A DNA stretch of 64,000 nt. Origin: a phage. The stretch lies in the NCBI GenBank assembly GCA_012455605.1, contig GCA_012455605.1_3618.1; one strand, given 5' to 3'. Positions 38,345-46,543 of the stretch are shown here, in pieces (positions within the stretch are counted from its first letter, which is position 1; each line of letters opens with the position of its first letter). The notes beneath the pieces were generated by a model that saw only the letters and a list, made by a program, of their open reading frames with translations, was not told the origin of the DNA and searched no databases. Made by a program: the position numbers and the translations under genes.

Positions 38345-38613
38345 TACTCGGCCTCTTCCTTAAAAATTTTAAACATCTCTTCTTTACTCATTACCAACCA
38401 GTCTCCCATAAAGTCAACTAGCCAATCCCCCTGGTACAAGACAAGGTTACCAAAAGGCTCGACAAGCTCACACATGCGACGAAGATCTCTGGTCCGAACA
38501 GGTGACGATGTAAACACACCTGTATCAATCCACCGTTGCAGATCAGATACTGATGAAGAGCTTCCGTCAAACTGGTGGGCTTCTACAGGTTTAGCAAGAT
38601 TAAATAACGGCAT
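38344..38613 (-). CDS. hypothetical protein (89 aa)
   Basis: ORF. Confidence 0.4.
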   Translation of the reverse strand: MPLFNLAKPVEAHQFDGSSSSVSDLQRWIDTGVFTSSPVRTRDLRRMCELVEPFGNLVLYQGDWLVDFMGDWLVMSKEEMFKIFKEEAE

Positions 38614-38938
38614 TGCAGTCCTCCTTCTGTAGTAGGTCTTTTATAGGATAAACAAGTAAGTGTGGATCGGAATAACGTATAGTCTTATTCTGCCACACTA
38701 TGAACTTAATTACAACTAAATTTACAACATCTTTATCTCCATGTAGTCCAACACACAGATTTGTCCATATTTTGTGGTTGAATACTTTGCTGTCGATGTA
38801 GATCTTAGTGTCAAACTTATCCTCTATCCTGCCTATGAGTTTAACCAACTCTTTCATCTGATCCCCAAACACAGCATCGTTTTCAAGATCTCTAGAGTGC
38901 TTGTACATAACTATCTGCCTCACTTGCATACTTTCCAC
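38600..38938 (-). CDS. hypothetical protein (112 aa)
   Basis: ORF. Confidence 0.4.
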   Translation of the reverse strand: MESMQVRQIVMYKHSRDLENDAVFGDQMKELVKLIGRIEDKFDTKIYIDSKVFNHKIWTNLCVGLHGDKDVVNLVVIKFIVWQNKTIRYSDPHLLVYPIKDLLQKEDCNAVI

Positions 38939-38971
38939 AACAAGTAAAGCCGGGTGATCCCGGCTATGTTG

Positions 38972-39685
38972 TTAAATATACTCTGTTACATCCTTGAAGC
39001 TTGAAGGCTTCATGATCTTACCTTTACTGTCAATGAATATGATAACTTTATTACCGTTGTAGAATTCTTCCTTAGCAACAAAACCTTCATATCGACCATC
39101 AAAGCGTCGCTCAAGATCTTTAATCTCCAACTCGATGAGTTGTTCAGCAGGCATATCTGCACTGGCACCGTGTGAATGCCGTAGATGGTTGACCCGTGCA
39201 AACTTGCTGTCATTCGATTTGAGAACCTTACGCATCATCCCGCACACATCGCCGCGAAGCTGGAACAGCAAAGCTGTTGACAACTCTGCTAAGCGGTAAG
39301 CAGACGCTCTTTGCTTAGAGGTGTTTTTCGCAGCGATCAGTGTATCATAGAACTCACCAATCTTGAACTTAATACCTCGTGGATTATCAAACAGGTTTGA
39401 CCACTTTTCGTGATTGTCATTAACAAGATAAGCGGCATAACTTGTGACAACATGAAGATCGCAGGCCTCTTTTAGCAAGTGATCTCCACCATCACCTTTC
39501 TCCAGCTCTTCCAAAACTTCATTGAACTCTTCCTCAATGAAGCTAAGCTGTAATTCGAATGGCGTGTATGATTTTTTCACCTTAGCTGCCACACGGTTCC
39601 AGTTTTCCACCCAGTTGGCAGACCAAAGGTAGTTTTCAGGCTGAGACAGTTTTTCCAAGTTGTCGATCAGTTTAGTATTCAGCAT
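38972..39685 (-). CDS. MazG-like nucleotide pyrophosphohydrolase (tentative)
   Basis: SFIEEEFNEVLEELEKGDGGDHLLKEACDL resembles the MazG/HisE EExxE...E..D metal-binding helix. Confidence 0.4.
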   Translation of the reverse strand: MLNTKLIDNLEKLSQPENYLWSANWVENWNRVAAKVKKSYTPFELQLSFIEEEFNEVLEELEKGDGGDHLLKEACDLHVVTSYAAYLVNDNHEKWSNLFDNPRGIKFKIGEFYDTLIAAKNTSKQRASAYRLAELSTALLFQLRGDVCGMMRKVLKSNDSKFARVNHLRHSHGASADMPAEQLIELEIKDLERRFDGRYEGFVAKEEFYNGNKVIIFIDSKGKIMKPSSFKDVTEYI

Positions 39686-39698
39686 TAAAGGTCTCCTT

Positions 39699-40460
39699 TT
39701 AAAGTTCCATAAAGTTTTCTACAGTTTCAATAAATACTTTATCAGAGAAAGCGTCAACAGCACCGTTAAACCATACAGGGATCCCGCGATCCTCATATTG
39801 ATAAAGGTCGCTACGTGAAATGCCACTTCCATCTGCACTCTGCGAATCATACTTGTTTACAATCAGCAGTTTTGTGCCTTTACAAGTAGCAGGAAACAAT
39901 TCCCAGTTAAAATTAATAACTGTGTTAGAACAACCTACCAGGATCACCATATCATTGCTTGTGAGAGATGTCAACAGGTCATACATGTCTGTATACTTAG
40001 GAGCAACCTCACCGAAGAACACTACATTGGGCTTAACCCAGGTATACTTGCCTGTATCTACCTCCGTGTATCCGATATTTTTAATTACATCATTACCTTC
40101 AGCATCTTCGTAGGTGATTTCAGGCAAATACCCGTGGACATGTAAAATATCTTCATGTTTTACACCAGCACGCTCCAGCAAATCATCTACATTGGTGGTA
40201 AGGTTGATCACACGACCAGACCAGCGGGAATACCACTCAGCGATCCGAAGATGTGCAAGGTTAGGATCAACACTGCCCAGAGCTACACGACGTGCATTGT
40301 AAAAGTCATGCACCTTATAGTAGTTCTTGGCAAAGGTGTGGATGTTGCACACCTCATCGATGCTGAAATTCTCCCACATTGCAGTGCTACCAGATCGGAA
40401 AGTGGGAATACCAGATTCAGCGCTCAAACCAGCACCGGAGATAATAATCAGTCGTCGCAT
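39699..40460 (-). CDS. Sir2-family NAD-dependent protein deacylase / ADP-ribosyltransferase
   Basis: ISGAGLSAESGIPTFR (sirtuin Rossmann motif), TTNVDDL, VHG. Confidence 0.8.
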   Translation of the reverse strand: MRRLIIISGAGLSAESGIPTFRSGSTAMWENFSIDEVCNIHTFAKNYYKVHDFYNARRVALGSVDPNLAHLRIAEWYSRWSGRVINLTTNVDDLLERAGVKHEDILHVHGYLPEITYEDAEGNDVIKNIGYTEVDTGKYTWVKPNVVFFGEVAPKYTDMYDLLTSLTSNDMVILVGCSNTVINFNWELFPATCKGTKLLIVNKYDSQSADGSGISRSDLYQYEDRGIPVWFNGAVDAFSDKVFIETVENFMEL

Positions 40461-40468
40461 AAGTGTCC

Positions 40469-40819
40469 TCAGTAGATGTTTTGTTTAATCTCTATTCCAA
40501 ACTTTTTAAACGAGTCAGCTGCAAGCATGAATTTACGAGCCGCTGATGGATTAGAAGTATGTACGAAAATCTTCACGTTGTCAACCACGGGAGGCTTACC
40601 GAATACAAATTTTTCCTCCAACATGGATAGGCAATCATATCCTTCGAATACTTCTCCTAGGTCGTTGTCCATATGCCACTCAGAAACGCGTCTGTAGAGC
40701 TTTCCCTTATCGTTAATAAAATCCATAAACTCGGAGGAATTCTTCAGCCAAACAGCGTCTGGGAGTCCATAATTTGACGGATCTCTCAAATCATCCAGCC
40801 ACACAATCAACTTCTTCAT
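40469..40819 (-). CDS. hypothetical protein with receiver/Rossmann-like N-terminus (MKKLIVWLDDLRDP)
   Basis: ORF; ATGA overlap with the RNA ligase stop; start placed at the internal ATG. Confidence 0.4.
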   Translation of the reverse strand: MKKLIVWLDDLRDPSNYGLPDAVWLKNSSEFMDFINDKGKLYRRVSEWHMDNDLGEVFEGYDCLSMLEEKFVFGKPPVVDNVKIFVHTSNPSAARKFMLAADSFKKFGIEIKQNIY

Positions 40820-41751
40820 TGCATATAGTCCTCGTTGTGGAAATAGTGGTCGAGTATCTCCCTGCGTTCCTGCTCCAGTAGGCAGTTCCACACATCTTCT
40901 GTGTAATTGCTACGAATGAAGTTTACCATGCCGTAAAACTCTTCGTCAACACGTTTAAAGATATCATCATCCCAAATCTTCCAAGCTTTACCCCTCATTA
41001 CGGCCTTCCGTGCCAGATAGTATGGAGACTTGATCTTCAGCTGCAGATCATAAGGGTAGTAAGGCTTACGAATCATATACCCTTCACCTCTTGTTTCTGC
41101 AGCTAATTCTTTTGCATAGCTGAACGGAATTTCACGCACAGTGTGAGGACGTTTTGCACCAAGGTATTTGGCAATCCCATCTAAAGCTGCCTCTGGGAGC
41201 ATTATTCCAGAATCATTATATCTGCAACCTATCAAATATGCGCCATGATCTTCCTGAACAATATGCGGATCTGAAGGGTGACAAATTTCAAACATGAATG
41301 TCATGTTTTCATTGCCCATAACCTTCTTGATAAGATCTAAATTACCACATTGCTCCTGGATGGTTTTCTTTGCGAGGTTACAATATGGGGAATCAAGAGA
41401 TCCGGTTGTTGAGAACAATAGTTCACCTTTATGAGATGATACCACACCGAGGAATCCGTTCTTTTTCTCTACCGCCGTCACAAGCTTATTGTCAGGCAGG
41501 TTGGTGGAATTTTCTCCCAAGTTAAACACTTTTGTGAAGGGCCATGCCACAACATTCCCTTCATTACCGACAACAATGCCTCGGCACTCCAGTAATCGAG
41601 GAGACAAATGCCATAAGTTGTTGTAGAATACTTTTCTGGCATATTTATAGATCTTTAACCCAAGATCTGGGTAATATCTGCTGGTTACAAGACCTTTGTC
41701 AACTAGGTCGTCTGCATTAAAATACTTCATCATACGTTCCTCATTTGTCAT
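40816..41751 (-). CDS. RNA ligase-like nucleotidyltransferase (tentative)
   Basis: EKKNGF (motif I Lys), EGYMIRKP (motif IV), LKIKSPYY (motif V). Confidence 0.5.
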   Translation of the reverse strand: MTNEERMMKYFNADDLVDKGLVTSRYYPDLGLKIYKYARKVFYNNLWHLSPRLLECRGIVVGNEGNVVAWPFTKVFNLGENSTNLPDNKLVTAVEKKNGFLGVVSSHKGELLFSTTGSLDSPYCNLAKKTIQEQCGNLDLIKKVMGNENMTFMFEICHPSDPHIVQEDHGAYLIGCRYNDSGIMLPEAALDGIAKYLGAKRPHTVREIPFSYAKELAAETRGEGYMIRKPYYPYDLQLKIKSPYYLARKAVMRGKAWKIWDDDIFKRVDEEFYGMVNFIRSNYTEDVWNCLLEQERREILDHYFHNEDYMQ

Positions 41752-41794
41752 TTTGTCCCTTTATCCTGCCACACAAATAACCCAGTGTCAACAC

Positions 41795-41823
41795 TTGAAA
41801 TTAACAAAACAGTTAGGTATACT
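41795..41823 (+). promoter_or_regulatory. sigma70-like promoter (TTGAAA-17-TATACT)
   Basis: in the divergent intergenic region upstream of the kinase gene. Confidence 0.5.
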
Positions 41824-41851
41824 ATCATTGAAATTAAAACGGAGGGTTACT

Positions 41852-42259
41852 ATGTCTAAAATGCTATATATCGTGCGTGGTCTACCAGGGTCTGGCAAAT
41901 CAACACTGGCAAATGCGCTATCTTTAGAAGGTCTGTACCCACATTTTGAGAACGACATGTTCTGGTACGACGATGACGGCAATTACAACTGGGATGCAAG
42001 TAAAGTAACACTTGCAGCAAAATGGTGCAAAGATAACGTAGAAGATATGATGCGTATGGGATACGACCGTATCGTGGTAAGTAATACGTTTACAAAAGAA
42101 AAATACGTGCAAAAATATATTGACATGGCAATCAGCTATGGGTATAGTTATACCGTAATCGTGGTTGAAAACCGCCACGGTAATAAAAGCATTCATGCTT
42201 CAGACGAGGTTGTGGATCGTATGGAGCGCCAGCTTAAAAACTGCATCAAACTTAAATGA
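41852..42259 (+). CDS. polynucleotide 5-prime-kinase-like P-loop kinase
   Basis: MLYIVRGLPGSGKST resembles the T4 Pnk kinase N-terminus (ILTIGCPGSGKST); start at ATG after RBS ggaggg. Confidence 0.55.
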   Translation: MSKMLYIVRGLPGSGKSTLANALSLEGLYPHFENDMFWYDDDGNYNWDASKVTLAAKWCKDNVEDMMRMGYDRIVVSNTFTKEKYVQKYIDMAISYGYSYTVIVVENRHGNKSIHASDEVVDRMERQLKNCIKLK

Positions 42260-42266
42260 GGAATGT

Positions 42267-42821
42267 ATGAAATACTTTGTAACAAGCGACACACACTTTC
42301 TCCACCAGCGGGTCATGGAGTTTGATTCATGTCAAAAACACAGATCTCAATATGATCACAATCTTGACAGTATGAATGCGGGAATCATCACCAAGTGGAA
42401 CTCTGTTGTGTCACCTGCAGACACTGTGTTCCACCTGGGAGATATTGCGTGCACTAATGATAAGAATATCAACAACTTACTTCCAGATATTCTAAATATG
42501 TTGAACGGACATATTATTCTTGTTCGTGGCAACCATGACACAAGGACGACTGTCAGAATTATGAAAGAGTTCGGTCATGAGGTTGTAGATTATTACGAGC
42601 TTCGCCACAACAAGAATTTGATCTGTATGAGCCATTACCAGTTTGCAAAGTGGAACAGAAAGCCTCACGGATCAGTCCAACTGTTCGGTCATGCTCACGG
42701 AACCACACAACAGTTGTTTGGCAGACAGCTTGATGTCGGTTGGGATGTGTGGGGGAGACTCTTACCATTAGAAGAGGCATACCGTATTGCAATGAGTTTT
42801 GCTATTGACAGCGGGGAGTAA
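42267..42821 (+). CDS. calcineurin-like metallophosphoesterase
   Basis: SDTHF, GDIA, GNHD and GHAHG metallophosphatase motifs. Confidence 0.65.
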   Translation: MKYFVTSDTHFLHQRVMEFDSCQKHRSQYDHNLDSMNAGIITKWNSVVSPADTVFHLGDIACTNDKNINNLLPDILNMLNGHIILVRGNHDTRTTVRIMKEFGHEVVDYYELRHNKNLICMSHYQFAKWNRKPHGSVQLFGHAHGTTQQLFGRQLDVGWDVWGRLLPLEEAYRIAMSFAIDSGE

Positions 42822-42868
42822 TCCCTGCTATTTTAAAGAAAATTGCCACACAAGGAGAATCAGGAGAT

Positions 42869-43219
42869 ATGAAAGATGGGGATAAGCTGCTATATCTTAA
42901 AGTCCCCCTTGAAATACTGTCTATGTCAAAAGTTTTGAATGACACAACTGGGGAGGTTGTTGTTCTTGACTTGTATGACAAGATCGTATACTGCTACCTG
43001 CACAACTGGTATAAACTTAGAGGAAATTCACGCTTCACACCCAGCACAAGGAAAATTGCAGCAGATGTTGGGATAAAGAAAACAAAAGCAGCAGCGTGCG
43101 TTAAAACTTTAGAATGTGCAGGAGTGGTTGAAACATCCACACAAGGGAGAGGTAAAAGATGCACATTTTCCAAAGTTTTGCCACCAGAAGAAGTTATTCG
43201 GATGTCAACAACTGGTTAG
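42869..43219 (+). CDS. hypothetical protein with HTH-like segment
   Basis: STRKIAADVGIKKTKAAACVKTLECAGVVE looks like a winged-helix/HTH. Confidence 0.4.
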   Translation: MKDGDKLLYLKVPLEILSMSKVLNDTTGEVVVLDLYDKIVYCYLHNWYKLRGNSRFTPSTRKIAADVGIKKTKAAACVKTLECAGVVETSTQGRGKRCTFSKVLPPEEVIRMSTTG

Positions 43220-43294
43220 ACCAGTAAAAACTTAAATATCTGTACTATAAGGATTCGTATGTTTTATGTTCGCCATGGAACGGATACTATTAAC

Positions 43295-43353
43295 TGTCCG
43301 TAATACGGACACTACTGTCCGTCACGCGGACACATCTGCCCGTAATACGGACA
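43295..43353. promoter_or_regulatory. three tandem palindromic operator-like sites at 21 bp spacing
   Basis: TGTCCGTA-A-TACGGACA (43295-43311), TGTCCGT-cac-GCGGACA (43316-43332), TGCCCGTA-A-TACGGACA (43337-43353). Confidence 0.55.
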
Positions 43354-43489
43354 CATAAAGAATATAACTAAAATAACTAAATAATAAAAAATAAAAGATC
43401 TAGTACTTATGGTACTAAGTACATATACTTAACTTATGTAGAATATACTAGATCCTAAGTACCATGTTTTAAATTTATTACTTACTATG

Positions 43490-43740
43490 GGCAGTGTCGG
43501 CCCTTCATTGGCACTCGCCTACGAGGGGCGAGATGCCGGGCCTCCTTGGTGCACACAATAACAGAAGTGCACACATGCAGGTCTGTTAACATGTGTGGGA
43601 GCGAAGCTATAGCGCAGGCCAAAGGCCGAGCACTGATGTGGACCACCGACGAAAGCTTGCCAGCGCCGTAAGGAGTCGGTTGAGAGTCTCCCGCGCGAGC
43701 TTGGATGAAGTTTATGTGTGGAAACTGACAAGAAGGTCCC
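43490..43740 (+). ncRNA. GC-rich structured element, candidate non-coding RNA or regulatory structure (strand unknown)
   Basis: local GC spike in an AT-rich genome; nested hairpins GGCA-CTCGCC...GGCGAG-TGCC, GTGCACACA repeated, CACATG...CATGTG, GGCC-aaa-GGCC; only a low-complexity antisense ORF. Confidence 0.3.
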
Positions 43741-43857
43741 TAAATCGCTCCACAGCTATATAAACTATACCAGGTAATGCAATCGCACCAGTTTGATAGA
43801 AAAGCTCGTTACAAAGCGATACAGTGAGTTTTTCTATAACTTGAAGAGGAGGCAGCT

Positions 43858-44436
43858 ATGGGTTCACGCAAAGATGACCGTGAAAAGATTGCAAAACGTT
43901 ATCAGAATGAAGAACAGATGGAGAAAACTTTCAAGTGGAAGCCAGGTTTCCAGCGTAATCATTCTAACGCTCGTGATCGTAAGCATCCGGATAAGTGGCT
44001 AACACCGCCAAATGATGGCATGCAGGTTGGGGATGAGAAGGAGATGTCGCCTGGAAAAGATGGCAACTACATTCGCACTAAGGACGCTGGTCCAAAGGAT
44101 GACAGCTATCTTGTAGATAAGGTTCTTGATGGTATCAATGTAGATGTTGACACTGCACGAAACCTTTTTCTTGGGTGGTATCGCACAGGTTTTTTCGACA
44201 TCAAGGCTATTCGTCGTGTTTGTGATATTAAAAAGTCTGCATATGATGACGACTCGTTACATCGCACCCTGAGACAATATTCAGAAAGATATGGTCATCC
44301 GGTTATCACTCTTGACGATGTTAACGAAGTGATGTATCATGCAGATGTTGTTGCAGGAAGATTTGGTGATGCATATCTTGATATCCTTTCTGCAAAGGAT
44401 GAGGTAATGTTAAATAAGATTTACTATGAACGCTGA
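43858..44436 (+). CDS. hypothetical protein (192 aa)
   Basis: ORF with strong RBS gaggagg. Confidence 0.5.
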   Translation: MGSRKDDREKIAKRYQNEEQMEKTFKWKPGFQRNHSNARDRKHPDKWLTPPNDGMQVGDEKEMSPGKDGNYIRTKDAGPKDDSYLVDKVLDGINVDVDTARNLFLGWYRTGFFDIKAIRRVCDIKKSAYDDDSLHRTLRQYSERYGHPVITLDDVNEVMYHADVVAGRFGDAYLDILSAKDEVMLNKIYYER

Positions 44437-44446
44437 GGGGTGATTA

Positions 44447-44635
44447 ATGAACAATCCGGTAGCAAAGAACTGTAATAAATTCAACAAGTCTGCTATTCAC
44501 ACTGACAGGAAAAAGAGTTGGTTTCCTGACATTGACGAGGAGCTTGAGAGTTACTTTGAAGATTTAGTCACCAATGCGGATGAGGTTGCGATTAAAGAAT
44601 ACGCAGACAGGCGAGATAAGGCCGGAATCTGTTGA
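44447..44635 (+). CDS. hypothetical protein (62 aa)
   Basis: ORF with RBS gagggg. Confidence 0.4.
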   Translation: MNNPVAKNCNKFNKSAIHTDRKKSWFPDIDEELESYFEDLVTNADEVAIKEYADRRDKAGIC

Positions 44636-44660
44636 CAAAAATAATGTTACCTGATAAGAT
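44632..44660 (+). promoter_or_regulatory. sigma70-like promoter (TTGACA-17-TAAGAT)
   Basis: consensus -35 with 17 bp spacer. Confidence 0.5.
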
Positions 44661-44711
44661 CTGCAATATGATGTGATACAATTTTAACTTACGAGGTCTA
44701 CAGGTAATGCT

Positions 44712-44954
44712 ATGTTTAAGGTTAAGCTCGTTTTTCGTTCCATGAATGAGGATTATTTAGAAGATGAAGGTGAATTTCGTGCACTGGATGATGCAATAGA
44801 TTTTGCCAACGACTTAGCTTGTATGAATACGGGTTATGGGCTATGCTGTTGGGATGGTGGTGTTCAGATCGGTGATAGCAAGATCTTCTACTTCTACCCT
44901 GAGCCTGATAACAAACAAATTAAGTATGTTTTATTTATTTGTGCTTTACAATGA
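44712..44954 (+). CDS. hypothetical protein (80 aa)
   Basis: ORF downstream of promoter. Confidence 0.4.
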   Translation: MFKVKLVFRSMNEDYLEDEGEFRALDDAIDFANDLACMNTGYGLCCWDGGVQIGDSKIFYFYPEPDNKQIKYVLFICALQ

Positions 44955-45241
44955 GGTTGTTTTCGTGTATCATGATGAATATCCAATTTAAAGATGAATT
45001 TGATGGCTTTATCTCTGGATGCTTTGAAACAGGGTTCGGAGAAGACTGAGTTCCCCTTAGAGGGCTTGATAGTGCACCACACTTAAAATGGTAGGGGCAG
45101 CCAGCACATGACGATGTGACCCAAGCCAACCTGTAATAAGGTCGAGCCAAAGTGCGGTAATGGGCTCTGGTAACCCACTTGTTGGGTCTTGCTGGTCCAG
45201 GACGCTGGACAAGTCGCAGGGAATACCACCCTGCGGCGAAC

Positions 45242-45270
45242 TTGACAATCAGTATTTGCTATGATAAAAT
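45242..45270 (+). promoter_or_regulatory. sigma70-like promoter (TTGACA-17-TAAAAT)
   Basis: consensus -35, 17 bp spacer. Confidence 0.55.
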
Positions 45271-45298
45271 CCACCTATCACGTGATAATGGAGGAAAC

Positions 45299-45637
45299 AT
45301 GGCGGATACAACTAAAAAGCGTCGCCGTAGAGGCAGACCTCTGAAAGAGGAGTCCAACGCCATTCAGCTAGAGAAGAACATCCTTGATATGAAGGAATCT
45401 TTTATAGCGATGGTTCCAGAAGCTCACAAAGTTTTAAGAGAGCTGATGTTGGACCCGAAAACCAAACAAAATATTCGTCAAAGCATTGCAGAGTATGTTC
45501 TTGATAAGGCAGACCGAATGCAGGAAGAATATGATGAGATGTTTGGTGAAGAGGAAGAGGTGGTAGTGGAAGAGGCTGAAAAACCAGCACCTTTTATGCC
45601 ATTTACTACAGAAATACAGCCTGTTAGCAATAGCTAA
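45299..45637 (+). CDS. hypothetical protein with basic N-terminus and acidic C-terminus (113 aa); possible DNA-binding protein
   Basis: KKRRRRGRPLKEE N-terminus; RBS ggagg. Confidence 0.4.
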   Translation: MADTTKKRRRRGRPLKEESNAIQLEKNILDMKESFIAMVPEAHKVLRELMLDPKTKQNIRQSIAEYVLDKADRMQEEYDEMFGEEEEVVVEEAEKPAPFMPFTTEIQPVSNS

Positions 45638-45646
45638 AATATTTTC

Positions 45647-45675
45647 TTGACAAACTTTGCTTAACAGTGTAATAT
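45647..45675 (+). promoter_or_regulatory. sigma70-like promoter for the tRNA cluster (TTGACA-17-TAATAT)
   Basis: consensus elements about 60 bp upstream of the first tRNA. Confidence 0.55.
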
Positions 45676-45733
45676 TGTAAACATGGTCTCCCACCTTTTC
45701 TGGCGGCTAAGGTGTAAAAGAAAGCCACCCAGT

Positions 45734-45805
45734 GCCCTGTTAGCTTAGTGGATAAAGCAGCGGCCTTCTAAGCCGTTGACACTGGTTCGAGTCCAGTACG
45801 GGGTG
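45734..45805 (+). tRNA. tRNA-Arg (anticodon TCT)
   Basis: hand-folded cloverleaf: acceptor GCCCTGT/ACGGGGT, anticodon arm GCGGC-cttCTaa-GCCGT, T-arm ACTGG-ttcgagt-CCAGT, encoded CCA. Confidence 0.75.
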
Positions 45806-45812
45806 CCAAATT

Positions 45813-45896
45813 GGGGAGTTATCCCGTAGAGGTAGCGGTGTAGACTGTAAATCTATTGTCATTGCGACTCGGGTGGTTCGACTCCACCACTCCCCA
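45813..45896 (+). tRNA. tRNA-Tyr (anticodon GTA)
   Basis: acceptor GGGGAGT/ACTCCCC, anticodon arm with CTGTAAATCT as in E. coli tRNA-Tyr, long variable arm, encoded CCA. Confidence 0.7.
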
Positions 45897-46013
45897 CCAA
45901 ATTTATATTTTTAGATGCATAAATAATACAGATAATGGCATTGATATTTATCGTCGTTTATACTAGTCACTAACTGCTCGAAAATCAGTGTCATTATCAG
46001 TATAATTTATAAA

Positions 46014-46101
46014 GGAGGGTAGGGAGCAATGGTGCTCAAGCGGTCTTGAAAACCGTCCCGTTGAGGATGACTCGATGATGGTTCGATTCCATTACTCTCC
46101 G
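46014..46101 (+). tRNA. tRNA-Ser (anticodon TGA)
   Basis: acceptor GGAGGGT/ACTCTCC, anticodon arm GCGGT-cttgaaa-ACCGT, long variable arm, discriminator G, encoded CCA. Confidence 0.7.
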
Positions 46102-46202
46102 CCACATTGTTGACCTTGTAATTAAGCGAAAGCCGGAAGCAGAACCGGATTATCAAATGTTACAGTCGTCATCGCCGACTAGCAACATGGTCAACATACT
46201 GA

Positions 46203-46299
46203 GCTAGGTAAGCCCTTTGGCAAGGGCGAGGATTTTTAATCCTGAAAATAGACGAGGTAGTCGTTGAATACATAGGTGGTTCGATTCCATCACCTAGCA
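46203..46299 (+). tRNA. aberrant tRNA-like gene (Leu-type body, non-canonical anticodon loop; possible pseudo-tRNA)
   Basis: acceptor GCTAGGT/ACCTAGC, D-arm GCCC-tttggcaa-GGGC, T-arm GGTGG-ttcgatt-CCATC, discriminator A; anticodon region AGGAT-tttta-ATCCT has a 5-nt loop (or UUU in the alternative fold); over-long variable region; no encoded CCA. Confidence 0.4.
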
Positions 46300-46306
46300 C
46301 CTTTTT

Positions 46307-46379
46307 GCTGATGTAGCACAATCGGTAGTGCAATTGATTTGTAATCAATAGGTTGTAGGTTCAAGTCCTGCCATCAGCA
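46307..46379 (+). tRNA. tRNA-Thr (anticodon TGT)
   Basis: acceptor GCTGATG/CATCAGC, anticodon arm ATTGA-tttgtaa-TCAAT, encoded CCA. Confidence 0.75.
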
Positions 46380-46383
46380 CCAA

Positions 46384-46455
46384 GGCCCTGTAGCTGGAAG
46401 GTTCAAGCAAGCGACTCATAATCGCCAGACGGTGGTTCAATTCCACCCAGGGCCA
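46384..46455 (+). tRNA. tRNA-Met or Ile2 (anticodon CAT)
   Basis: acceptor GGCCCTG/CAGGGCC, anticodon loop ctCATaa, T-arm GGTGG-ttcaatt-CCACC, encoded CCA. Confidence 0.7.
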
Positions 46456-46469
46456 CCAAATAATAAATA

Positions 46470-46543
46470 CTCCGCGTAGCTCAGCTTGGTAGAGCGCCTG
46501 ATTTGGGATCAGGAGGTCGAGTGTTCGAATCACTCCGTGGAGA
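46470..46543 (+). tRNA. tRNA-Pro (anticodon TGG)
   Basis: acceptor CTCCGCG/CGTGGAG, anticodon arm CCTGA-tttggga-TCAGG, encoded CCA. Confidence 0.75.

Noticed and set aside
43490-43560. Possible RNase P RNA P4-like similarity (GCCGGGCCUCC ... AACAGAAG)
   Set aside because: Only short partial matches; the element is too short and lacks the other conserved RNase P regions.
43519-43731. 70 aa minus-strand ORF in the GC-rich element
   Set aside because: Composition-driven ORF (Pro/Arg/Ser/Cys-rich) with no RBS; the region is better explained as structured non-coding sequence.
46105-46202. Extra tRNA or stable small RNA in the spacer between tRNA-Ser and the tRNA-like gene
   Set aside because: Contains a hairpin (GCCGG...CCGGAT) but no T-loop consensus or acceptor pairing; not enough evidence for a gene call.
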